In this document: piece after piece, positions 13,072 to 25,800 of the stretch
Numbering within the stretch: position 1 is the first letter of the stretch
Layout of the letters: every line of letters begins with the position of its first letter
Origin: the human T2T-CHM13v2.0 reference genome, Homo sapiens
Reading direction: 5' to 3' (one strand)
Length of the DNA: 64,000 nucleotides
NCBI RefSeq assembly: GCF_009914755.1
Contig: NC_060934.1
Notes under the pieces: generated by a model
Seen by the model: the letters and a program-made list of their open reading frames with translations, nothing else
Told to the model about the DNA's origin: nothing
The model's database searches: none
Made by a program: the position numbers and the translations under genes

Positions 13072-14072
13072 TTTCTTCATACAACGCTAGACAGAAGAAT
13101 TCTCAGTAACTTCTTTGTGTTGTGTGTATTCAACTCACAGAGTTGAACCTTTCTTTAGAGAGAGCAGAGTTGAAACACTCTGTTTTTGGAATTTGCAAGT
13201 GCAGATTTCAAGCGATTCTAGGCCCATGGCAGAAAAGGAAATATCTTCGTATAAAAACTACACAGAATCATTCTCAACAACTACTTTGTGATGTGTGCGT
13301 TCAACTCACAAAGTTTAACCTTTCTTTTCATAGAGCAGTTTGGAAACACTCTGTTTGTAAAGCCTGCAAGTGCTTTTTTGGACTTCATTGAGGCCTTCGT
13401 TGGAAAGGGGATTTCTTCATATAATGCTAGACAGAAGAATTCTCAGTAAATCCTTTGTGTTGTGTGTATTCAACTCACAGAGTGGAACCTTCCTTTATTC
13501 AGAGCAGTTTTGAAACACTCTTTTTGTGGAATTTGCAAGTGGAGATTTCAAGCGATTTGACGCCAATCTTAGACATGGAAATATCTTCATATTAAAAGTA
13601 CACAGAGTCATTCGTAGAAACTAGTTTGTGATGTGTGCCTTCAAATCACGGAGTTTAACCTTTCTTTTCATAGAGCAGTTCGGAAACACTCTATTTCTAA
13701 AGTCTGCAAGTGGATATTTTGACCTCTTTGAGGCCTTCTTTGGAAACGGGATTTCTTCATATAACGCTAGACAGAAGAATTCTCAGTAACTTCTTTGTGT
13801 TGTGTGTATTCAACTCACAGAGTTGAACCTTTCTTGAGAGAGAGCAGAGTTGAAACACTCTTTTTGTGGAATTTGCTAGTGCAGATTTCAAACGCTTCGA
13901 AGACAGTGATAGAAAAGGATATATCTTCGTATTAAAACTAGACAAAATCCTTCTCAGAAAACACTTTGTGATGTGTGTGTTCAACTCACAGAGTTTAACC
14001 TTTCTTTAATCGAGCAGTTTGGAAATACACTCTTTGTAAGTCTGCAGGTGGATAATTGGCCCTCTTTGAGCC

Positions 14073-14089
14073 CTTCGTTGGAAACGGGA
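14073..14089 (+). promoter_or_regulatory. CENP-B box, intact (representative; D dimer)
   Basis: CTTCGTTGGAAACGGGA matches the 17 bp consensus with core nTTCGnnnnAnnCGGGn. There is one box position per dimer across the window. Confidence 0.95.
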
Positions 14090-14412
14090 TTTCCTCATAT
14101 AATGCTAGACAGAAGAATTCTCAGTAACTTCTTTGTGTTGTTTGTATTCAACTCACAGATTTGAACCTTCCTTTAGAGAGAGCAGTTTTGAAACACTCTG
14201 TTTTTGGAATTTGCAAGTGCAGATTTCAAGCGCTTCTGGGCCTATGGCAGAAAAGGAAATATCTTCGTATAAAAACTACACAGAATCATTCTCAACAACT
14301 ACTTTGTGATGTGTGCGTTCAACTCACAGAGTTTAACCTTTCTTTTCATAGAGCAGTTTGGAAACACTCTGTTTGTAAAGCCTGCAAGTGCTTTTTTGGA
14401 CTTCATTGAGGC

Positions 14413-14429
14413 CTTCGTTGGAAACGGGA
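14413..14429 (+). promoter_or_regulatory. CENP-B box, intact (representative; C2 dimer)
   Basis: CTTCGTTGGAAACGGGA exact match. Confidence 0.95.
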
Positions 14430-17400
14430 TTTCTTCATATAATGCTAGACAGAAGAATTCTCAGTCACTTCTTTGTGTTGTTTGTATTGAAGTCACAGAG
14501 TTGAACCTTCCTTTAGACAGAGCAGTTTTGAAAAATTCTTTCTGTGGAATTTGCAAGTGGAGATTTCAAGCGATTTGAGGCTAATCTTTGAAATGGAAAT
14601 ATCTTCGTGAAAAACTACACAGAATCATTCTCAGAAACTGCTTTGTCATCTGTGCGTTCAGTTCACAGAGTTTCACCTTTCTCTTCATAGAGCAGTTTGG
14701 AAAGACTCTGTCTGTAAAGTCTGCAAGTGATTAGTTAGACCCCATTGAGTCCATTGTTGGAAGCGGGAGTTCTCATTTACTGCTAGACAGAAGAATTCTC
14801 AGTAAATCCTTTGTGTTGTGTGTATTCAACTCACAGAGTTGAACCTTCCTTTATTCAGAGCAGTTTTGAAAAACACTTTTTGTGGAATTTGCAAGTGGAG
14901 ATTTCAAGCGATTTGATGCCAATCTTAGACATGGAAATATCTTCATATTAAAAGTACACAGAGTCATTCGTAGAAACTAGTTTGTGATGTGTGCCTTCAA
15001 CTCACAGAGTTTGACCTTTCTTTTCATAGAGCAGTTTGGAAACACTCTATTTGTAAAGTCTGCAAGTGGATATTTGGACCTCTTTGAGGCCTTCGTTCGA
15101 AAAGGGATTTCTTCATACAACGCTAGACAGAAGAATTCTCAGTAACTTCTTTGTGTTGTGTGTATTCAACTCACAGAGTTGAACCTTTCTTTAGAGAGAG
15201 CAGAGTTGAAACACTCTGTTTTTGGAATTTGCAAGTGCAGATTTCAAGCGATTCTAGGCCCATGGCAGAAAAGGAAATATCTTCGTATAAAAACTACACA
15301 GAATCATTCTCAACAACTACTTTGTGATGTGTGCGTTCAACTCACAAAGTTTAACCTTTCTTTTCATAGAGCAGTTTGGAAACACTCTGTTTGTAAAGCC
15401 TGCAAGTGCTTTTTTGGACTTCATTGAGGCCTTCGTTGGAAAGGGAATTTCTTCATATAATGCTAGACAGAAGAATTCTCAGTAAATCTTTTGTGTTGTG
15501 TGTATTCAACTCACAGAGTGGAACCTTCCTTTATTCAGAGCAGTTTTGAAACACTCTTTTTGTGGAATTTGCAAGTGGAGATTTCAAGCGATTTGACGCC
15601 AATCTTAGACATGGAAATATCTTCATATTAAAAGTACACAGAGTCATTCGTAGAAACTAGTTTGTGATGTGTGCCTTCAAATCACGGAGTTTAACCTTTC
15701 TTTTCATAGAGCAGTTCGGAAACACTCTATTTCTAAAGTCTGCAAGTGGATATTTTGACCTCTTTGAGGCCTTCTTTGGAAACGGGATTTCTTCATATAA
15801 CGCTAGACAGAAGAATTCTCAGTAACTTCTTTGTGTTGTGTGTATTCAACTCACAGAGTTGAACCTTTCTTGAGAGAGAGCAGAGTTGAAACACTCTTTT
15901 TGTGGAATTTGCTAGTGCAGATTTCAAACGCTTCGAAGACAGTGATAGAAAAGGATATATCTTCGTATTAAAACTAGACAAAATCCTTCTCAGAAAACAC
16001 TTTGTGATGTGTGTGTTCAACTCACAGAGTTTAACCTTTCTTTAATCGAGCAGTTTGGAAATACACTCTTTGTAAGTCTGCAGGTGGATAATTGGCCCTC
16101 TTTGAGCCCTTCGTTGGAAACGGGATTTCCTCATATAATGCTAGACAGAAGAATTCTCAGTAACTTCTTTGTGTTGTTTGTATTCAACTCACAGATTTGA
16201 ACCTTCCTTTAGAGAGAGCAGTTTTGAAACACTCTGTTTTTGGAATTTGCAAGTGCAGATTTCAAGCGCTTCTGGGCCTATGGCAGAAAAGGAAATATCT
16301 TCGTATAAAAACTACACAGAATCATTCTCAACAACTACTTTGTGATGTGTGCGTTCAACTCACAGAGTTTAACCTTTCTTTTCATAGAGCAGTTTGGAAA
16401 CACTCTGTTTGTAAAGCCTGCAAGTGCTTTTTTGGACTTCATTGAGGCCTTCGTTGGAAACGGGATTTCTTCATATAATGCTAGACAGAAGAATTCTCAG
16501 TCACTTCTTTGTGTTGTTTGTATTGAAGTCACAGAGTTGAACCTTCCTTTAGACAGAGCAGTTTTGAAAAATTCTTTCTGTGGAATTTGCAAGTGGAGAT
16601 TTCAAGCGATTTGAGGCTAATCTTTGAAATGGAAATATCTTCGTGAAAAACTACACAGAATCATTCTCAGAAACTGCTTTGTCATCTGTGCGTTCAGTTC
16701 ACAGAGTTTCACCTTTCTCTTCATAGAGCAGTTTGGAAAGACTCTGTCTGTAAAGTCTGCAAGTGATTAGTTAGACCCCATTGAGGCCATTGTTGGAAGC
16801 GGGAGTTCTCATTTACTGCTAGACAGAAGAATTCTCAGTAAATCCTTTGTGTTGTGTGTATTCAACTCACAGAATTGAACCTTCCTTTATTCAGAGCAGT
16901 TTTGAAAAACACTTTTTGTGGAATTTGCAAGTGGAGATTTCAAGCGATTTGATGCCAATCTTAGACATGGAAATATCTTCATATTAAAAGTACACAGAGT
17001 CATTCGTAGAAACTAGTTTGTGATGTGTGCCTTCAACTCACAGAGTTTGACCTTTCTTTTCATAGAGCAGTTTGGAAACACTCTATTTGTAAAGTCTGCA
17101 AGTGGATATTTGGACCTCTTTGAGGCCTTCGTTCGAAAAGGGATTTCTTCATACAACGCTAGACAGAAGAATTCTCAGTAACTTCTTTGTGTTGTGTGTA
17201 TTCAACTCACAGAGTTGAACCTTTCTTTAGAGAGAGCAGAGTTGAAACACTCTGTTTTTGGAATTTGCAAGTGCAGATTTCAAGCGATTCTAGGCCCATG
17301 GCAGAAAAGGAAATATCTTCGTATAAAAACTACACAGAATCATTCTCAACAACTACTTTGTGATGTGTGCGTTCAACTCACAAAGTTTAACCTTTCTTTT

Positions 17401-18526
17401 CATAGAGCAGTTTGGAAACACTCTGTTTGTAAAGCCTGCAAGTGCTTTTTTGGACTTCATTGAGGCCTTCGTTGGAAAGGGGATTTCTTCATATAATGCT
17501 AGACAGAAGAATTCTCAGTAAATCCTTTGTGTTGTGTGTATTCAACTCACAGAGTGGAACCTTCCTTTATTCAGAGCAGTTTTGAAACACTCTTTTTGTG
17601 GAATTTGCAAGTGGAGATTTCAAGCGATTTGACGCCAATCTTAGACATGGAAATATCTTCATATTAAAAGTACACAGAGTCATTCGTAGAAACTAGTTTG
17701 TGATGTGTGCCTTCAAATCACGGAGTTTAACCTTTCTTTTCATAGAGCAGTTCGGAAACACTCTATTTCTAAAGTCTGCAAGTGGATATTTTGACCTCTT
17801 TGAGGCCTTCTTTGGAAACGGGATTTCTTCATATAACGCTAGACAGAAGAATTCTCAGTAACTTCTTTGTGTTGTGTGTATTCAACTCACAGAGTTGAAC
17901 CTTTCTTGAGAGAGAGCAGAGTTGAAACACTCTTTTTGTGGAATTTGCTAGTGCAGATTTCAAACGCTTCGAAGACAGTGATAGAAAAGGATATATCTTC
18001 GTATTAAAACTAGACAAAATCCTTCTCAGAAAACACTTTGTGATGTGTGTGTTCAACTCACAGAGTTTAACCTTTCTTTAATCGAGCAGTTTGGAAATAC
18101 ACTCTTTGTAAGTCTGCAGGTGGATAATTGGCCCTCTTTGAGCCCTTCGTTGGAAACGGGATTTCCTCATATAATGCTAGACAGAAGAATTCTCAGTAAC
18201 TTCTTTGTGTTGTTTGTATTCAACTCACAGATTTGAACCTTCCTTTAGAGAGAGCAGTTTTGAAACACTCTGTTTTTGGAATTTGCAAGTGCAGATTTCA
18301 AGCGCTTCTGGGCCTATGGCAGAAAAGGAAATATCTTCGTATAAAAACTACACAGAATCATTCTCAACAACTACTTTGTGATGTGTGCGTTCAACTCACA
18401 GAGTTTAACCTTTCTTTTCATAGAGCAGTTTGGAAACACTCTGTTTGTAAAGCCTGCAAGTGCTTTTTTGGACTTCATTGAGGCCTTCTTTGGAAACGGG
18501 ATTTCTTCATATAATGCTAGACAGAA

Positions 18527-19884
18527 GAATTCTCAGTCACTTCTTTGTGTTGTTTGTATTGAAGTCACAGAGTTGAACCTTCCTTTAGACAGAGCAGTTT
18601 TGGAAAATTCTTTCTGTGGAATTTGCAAGTGGAGATTTCAAGCGATTTGAGGCTAATCTTTGAAATGGAAATATCTTCGTATAAAAACTACACAGAATCA
18701 TTCTCAACAACTACTTTGTGATGTGTGCGTTCAACTCACAAAGTTTAACCTTTCTTTTCATAGAGAAGTATGGAAACACTCTGTTTGTAAAGCCTGCAAG
18801 TGCTTTTTTGGACTTCATTGAGGCCTTCGTTGGAAACGGGATTTCTTCATATAATGCTAGACAGAAGAATTCTCAGTAAATCCTTTGTGTTGTGTGTATT
18901 CAACTCACAGAGTGGAACCTTCCTTTATTCAGAGCAGTTTTGAAACACTCTTTTTGTGGAATTTGCAAGTGGAGATTTCAAGCGATTTGACGCCAATCTT
19001 AGACATGGAAATATCTTCATATTAAAAGTACACAGAGTCATTCGTAGAAACTAGTTTGTGATGTGTGCCTTCAACTCACAGAGTTTGACCTTTCTTTTCA
19101 TAGAGCAGTTCGGAAACACTCTATTTGTAAAGTCTGCAAGTGGATATTTGGACCTCTTTGAGGCCTTCGTTGGAAACGGGATTTCTTCATATAACGCTAG
19201 GCAGAAGAATTCTCAGTAACTTCTTTGTGTTGTGTGTATTCAACTCACAGAGTTGAACCCTTCTTTAGAGAGAGCAGAGTTGAGACACTCTTTTTGTGGA
19301 ATTTGCTAGTGCAGATTTCAAACGCTTCGAAGACAGTGATAGAAAAGGATATATCTTCGTATTAAAAGTAGACAAAATCATTCTCAGAAAACACTTTGTG
19401 ATGTGTGTGTTCAACTCACAGAGTTTAACCTTTCTTTAATCGAGCAGTTTGGAAATACACTCTTTGTAAGTCTGCAGGTGGATTATTGGCCCTCTTTGAG
19501 CCCTTCGTTGGAAACGGGATTTCCTCATATAATGCTAGACAGAAGAATTCTCAGTAACTTCTTTGTGTTGTTTGTATTCAACTCACAGATTTGAACCTTC
19601 CTTTAGAGAGAGCAGATTTGAAACACTCTGTTTTTGGAATTTGCAAGTGCAGATTTCAAGCGCTTCTAGGCCTATGGCAGAAAAGGAAATATCTTCATAT
19701 AAAAACTACACAGAATCATTCTCAACAACTACTTTGTGATGTGTGCGTTCAACTCACAGAGTTTAACCTTTCTTTTCATAGAGCAGTTTGGAAACACTCT
19801 GTTTGTAAAGCCTGCAAGTGCTTTTTTGGACTTCATTGAGGCCTTCGTTGGAAACGGGATTTCTTCATATAATGTTAGACAGAA
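18527..19884 (+). repeat. 8-mer HOR variant, junction type 1
   Basis: A/C1 hybrid dimer with GAAGTATGGA; the next A is at 19885. Confidence 0.9.
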
Positions 19885-22800
19885 GAATTCTCAGTCACTT
19901 CTTTGTGTTGTGTGTATTCAAGTCACAGAGTTGAACCTTCCTTTAGACAGAGCAGTTTTGAAAAATTCTTTCTGTGGAATTTGCAAGTGGAGATTTCAAG
20001 CGATTTGAGGCTAATCTTTGAAATGGAAATATCTTCGTGTAAAAACTACACAGAATCATTCTCAGAAACTGCTTTGTCATCTGTGCGTTCAGTTCACAGA
20101 GTTTCACCTTTCTCTTCATAGAGCAGTTTGGAAAGGCTCTGTCTGTTAAGTCTGCAAGTGATTAGTTAGACCCCATTGAGGCCTTCGTTGGAAGCGGGAT
20201 TTCTCATTTACTGCTAGACAGAAGAATTCTCAGTAAATCCTTTGTGTTGTGTGTATTCAACTCACAGAGTTGAACCTTCCTTTATTCAGAGCAGTTTTGA
20301 AAAACACTTTTTGTGGAATTTGCAAGTGGAGATTTCATGCGATTTGACGCCAATCTTAGACATGGAAATATCTTCATATTAAAAGTACACAGAGTCATTC
20401 GTAGAAACTAGTTTGTGATGTGTGCCTTCAACTCACAGAGTTTGACCTTTCTTTTCATAGAGCAGTTTGGAAACACTCTATTTGTAAAGTCTGCAGGTGG
20501 ATATTTGGACCTCTTTGAGGCCTTCGTTCGAAAAGGGATTTCTTCATACAACGCTAGACAGAAGAATTCTCAGTAACTTCTTTGTGTTGTGTGTATTCAA
20601 CTCACAGAGTTGAACCTTTCTTTAGAGAGAGCAGAGTTGAAAAACTGTGTTTTTGGAATTTGCAAGTGCAGATTTCAAGCGATTCTAGGCCTATGGCAGA
20701 GAAGGAAATATCTTCGTATAAAAACTACACAGAATCATTCTCAACAACTACTTTGTGATGTGTGCGTTCAACTCACAAAGTTTAACCTTTCTTTTCATAG
20801 AGAAGTTTGGAAACACTCTGTTTGTAAAGCCTGCAAGTGCTTTTTTGGACTTCATTGAGGCCTTCGTTGGAAACGGGATTTCTTCATATAATGCTAGACA
20901 GAAGAATTCTCAGTAAATCCTTTGTGTTGTGTGTATTCAACTCACAGAGTGGAACCTTCCTTTATTCAGAGCAGTTTTGAAACACTCTTTTTGTGGAATT
21001 TGCAAGTGGAGATTTCAAGCGATTTGACGCCAATCTTAGACATGGAAATATCTTCATATTAAAAGTACACAGAGTCATTCGTAGAAACTAGTTTGTGATG
21101 TGTGCCTTCAACTCACAGAGTTTAACCTTTCTTTTCATAGAGCAGTTCGGAAACACTCTATTTGTAAAGTCTGCAAGTGGATATTTGGACCTCTTTGAGG
21201 CCTTCGTTGGAAACGGGATTTCTTCATATAACGCTTGACAGAAGAATTCTCAGTAACTTCTTTGTGTTGTGTGTATTCAACTCACAGAGTTGAACCTTTC
21301 TTGAGAGAGAGCAGAGTTGAAACACTCTTTTTGTGGAATTTGCTAGTGCAGATTTCAAACGCTTCGAAGACAGTGATAGAAAAGGATATATCTTCGTATT
21401 AAAACTAGACAAAATCATTCTCAGAAAACATTTTGTGATGTGTGTGTTCAACTCACAGAGTTTAACCTTTCTTTAATCGAGCAGTTTGGAAATACACTCT
21501 TTGTAAGTCTGCAGGTGGATAATTGGCCCTCTTTGAGCCCTTCGTTGGAAACGGGATTTCCTCATATAATGCTAGACAGAAGAATTCTCAGTAACTTGTT
21601 TGTGTTGTTTGTATTCAACTCACAGATTTGAACCTTCCTTTAGAGAGAGCAGATTTGAAACACTCTGTTTTTGGAATTTGCAAGTGCAGATTTCAAGCGC
21701 TTCTAGGCCTATGGCAGAAAAGGAAATATCTTCGTATAAAAACTACACAGAATCATTCTCAACAACTACTTTGTGATGTGTGCGTTCAACTCACAGAGTT
21801 TAACCTTTCTTTTCATAGAGCAGTTTGGAAACACTCTGTTTGTAAAGCCTGCAAGTGCTTTTTTGGACTTCATTGAGGCCTTTGTTGGAAACGGGATTTC
21901 TTCATATAACGCTAGACAGAAGAATTCTCAGTCACTTCTTTGTGTTGTGTGTATTCAAGTCACAGAGTTGAACCTTCCTTTAGACAGAGTAGTTTTGAAA
22001 AATTCTTTCTGTGGAATTTGCAAGTGGAGATTTCAAGCGATTTGAGGCTAATCTTTGAAATGGAAATGTCTTCGTGTAAAAACTACACAGAATCATTCTC
22101 AGAAACTGCTTTGTCATCTGTGCGTTCAGTTCACAGAGTTTCACCTTTCTCTTCATAGAGCAGTTTGGAAAGACTCTGTCTGTAAAATCTGCAAGTGATT
22201 AGTTAGACCCCATTGAGGCCATCGTTGGAAGCGGGAGTTCTCATTTACTGCTAGACAGAAGAATTCTCAGTAAATCCTTTGTGTTGTGTGTATTCAACTC
22301 ACAGAGTTGAACCTTCCTTTATTCAGAGCAGTTTTGAAAAACACTTTTTGTGGAATTTGCAAGTGGAGATTTCAAGCGATTTGACGCCAATCTTAGACAT
22401 GGAAATATCTTCATATTAAAAGTACACAGAGTCATTCGTAGAAACTAGTTTGTGATGTGTGCCTTCAACTCACAGAGTTTGACCTTTCTTTTCATAGAGC
22501 AGTTTGGAAACACTCTATTTGTAAAGTCTGCAAGTGGATATTTGGACCTCTTTGAGGCCTTCGTTCGAAAAGGGATTTCTTCATACAACGCTAGACAGAA
22601 GAATTCTCAGTAACTTCTTTGTGTTGTGTGTATTCAACTCACAGAGTTGAACATTTCTTTAGAGAGAACAGAGTTGAAACACTCTGTTTTTGGAATTTGC
22701 AAGTGCAGATTTCAAGCGATTCTAGGCCTATGGCAGAAAAGGAAATATCTTCGTATAAAAACTACACAGAATCATTCTCAACAACTACTTTGTGATGTGT

Positions 22801-25800
22801 GCGTTCAACTCACAAAGTTTAACCTTTCTTTTCATAGAGCAGTTTGGAAACACTCTGTTTGTAAAGCCTGCAAGTGCTTTTTTGGACTTCATTGAGGCCT
22901 TCGTTGGAAAGGGGATTTCTTCATATAATGCTAGACAGAAGAATTCTCAGTAAATCCTTTGTGTTGTGTGTATTCAACTCACAGAGTGGAACCTTCCTTT
23001 ATTCAGAGCAGTTTTGAAACACTCTTTTTGTGGAATTTGCAAGTGGAGATTTCAAGCGATTTGACGCCAATCTTAGACATGGAAATATCTTCATATTAAA
23101 AGTACACAGAGTCATTCGTAGAAACTAGTTTGTGATGTGTGCCTTCAACTCACAGAGTTTAACCTTTCTTTTCATAGAGCAGTTCGGAAAAACTCTATTT
23201 GTAAAGTCTGCAAGTGGATATTTGGACCTCTTTGAGGCCTTCGTTGGAAACGGGATTTCTTCATATAACGCTTGACAGAAGAATTCTCAGTAACTTCTTT
23301 GTGTTGTGTGTATTCAGCTCACAGAGTTGAACCTTTCCTGAGAGAGAGCAGAGTTGAAACACTCTTTTTGTGGAATTTGCTAGTGCAGATTTCAAACGCT
23401 TCGAAGACAGTGATAGAAAAGGATATATCTTCGTATTAAAACTAGACAAAATCAATCTCAGAAAACACTTTGTGATGTGTGTGTTCAACTCACAGAGTTT
23501 AACCTTTCTTTAATCGAGCAGTTTGGAAATACACTCTTTGTAAGTCTGCAGGTGGATAATTGGCCCTCTTTGAGCTCTTCGTTGGAAACGGGATTTCCTC
23601 ATATAATGCTAGACAGAAGAATTCTCAGTAACTTCTTTGTGTTGTTTGTATTCAACTCACAGTTTTGAACCTTCCTTTAGAGAGAGCAGATTTGAAACAC
23701 TCTGTTTTTGGAATTTGCAAGTGCAGATTTCAAGCGCTTCTAGGCCTATGGCAGAAAAGGAAATATATTCGTATAAAAACTACACAGAATCATTCTCAAC
23801 AACTACTTTGTGATGTGTGCGTTCAACTCACAGAGTTTAACCTTTCTTTTCATAGAGCAGTTTGGAAACACTCTGTTTGTAAAGCCTGCAAGTGCTTTTT
23901 TGGACTTCATTGAGGCCTTCGTTGGAAACGGGATTTCTTCATATAATGCTAGACAGAAGAATTCTCAGTCACTTCTTTGTGTTGTGTGTATTCAAGTCAC
24001 AGAGTTGAACCTTCCTTTAGACAGAGCAGTTTTGAAAAATTCTTTCTGTGGAATTTGCAAGTGGAGATTTCAAGCGATGGGAGGCTAATCTTTGAAATGG
24101 AAATATCTTCGTGTAAAAACTACACAGAATCATTCTCAGAAACTGCTTTGTTATCTGTGCGTTCAGTTCACAGAGTTTCACCTTTCTCTTCATAGAGCAG
24201 TTTGGAAAGACTCTGTCTGTAAAGTCTGCAAGTGATTAGTTAGACCCCTTTCAGGCCTTCGTTGGAAGAGGGATTTCTCATTTACTACTAGACAGAAGAA
24301 TTCTCAGTAAATCCTTTGTGTTGTGTGTATTCAACTCACAGAGTGGAACCTTCCTTTATTCAGAGCAGTTTTGAAAAACACTTTTTGTGGAATTTGCAAG
24401 CGGAGATTTCAAGCGATTTGACGCCAATCTTAGACATGGAAATATCTTCATATTAAAAGTACACAGAGTCATTCGTAGAAACTAGTTTCTGATGTGTGCC
24501 TTCAACTCACAGAGTTTGACCTTTCTTTTCATAGAGCAGTTTGGAAACACTCTATTTGTAAAGTCTGCAAGTGGATATTTGGACCTCTTTGAGGCCTTCG
24601 TTCGAAAAGGGATTTCTTCATACAACGCTAGACAGAAGAATTCTCAGTAACTTCTTTGTGTTGTGTGTATTCAACTCACAGAGTTGAACCTTTCTTTAGA
24701 GAGAGCAGAGTTGAAACACTCTGTTTTTGGAATTTGCAAGTGCAGATTTCAAGCGATTCTAAGCCTATGGCAGAAAAGGAAATATCTTCTTATAAAAACT
24801 ACACAGAATCATTCTCAACAACTACTTTGTGATGTGTGCGTTCAACTCACAAAGTTTAACCTTTCTTTTCATAGAGAAGTTTGGAAACACTCTGTTTGTA
24901 AAGCCTGCAAGTGCTTTTTTGGACTTCATTGAGGCCTTCGTTGGAAACGGGAGTTCTTCATATAATGCTAGACAGAAGAATTCTCAGTAAATCCGTGGTG
25001 TTGTGTGCATTCAACTCACAGAGTGGAACCTTCCTTTATTCAGAGCAGTTTTGAAACACTCTTTTTGTTTAATTTGCAAGTGGAGATTTCAAGCGATTTG
25101 ACGCCAATCTTAGACATGGAAATATCTTCATATTAAAAGTACACAGTCATTCGTAGAAACTAGTTTGTGATGTGTGCCTTCAACTCACAGAGTTTAACCT
25201 TTCTTTTCATAGAGCAGTTCGGAAACACTCTATTTGTAAAGTCTGCAAGTGGATATTTGGACCTCTTTGAGGCCTTCGTTGGAAACGGGATTTCTTCATA
25301 TAACGCTTGACAGAAGAATTCTCAGTAACTTCTTTGTGTTGTGTGTATTCAACTCACAGAGTTGAACCTTTCTTGAGAGAGAGCAGAGTTGAAACACTCT
25401 TTTTGTGGAATTTGCTAGTGCAGATTTCAAACGCTTCGAAGACAGTGATAGAAAAGGATATATCTTCGTATTAAAACTAGACAAAATCATTCTCAGAAAA
25501 CACTTTGTGATGTGTGTGTTCAACTCACAGAGTTTAACCTTTCTTTAATCGAGCAGTTTGGAAATACACTCTTTGTAAGTCTGCAGGTGGATAATTGGCC
25601 CTCTTTGAGCCCTTCGTTGGAAACGGGATTTCCTCATATAATGCTAGACAGCAGAATTCTCAGTAACTTCTTTGTGTTGTTTGTATTCAACTCACAGATT
25701 TGAACCTTCCTTTAGAGAGAGCAGATTTGAAACACTCTGTTTTTGGAATTTGCAAGTGCAGATTTCAAGCGCTTCTAGGCCTATGGCAGAAAAGGAAATA

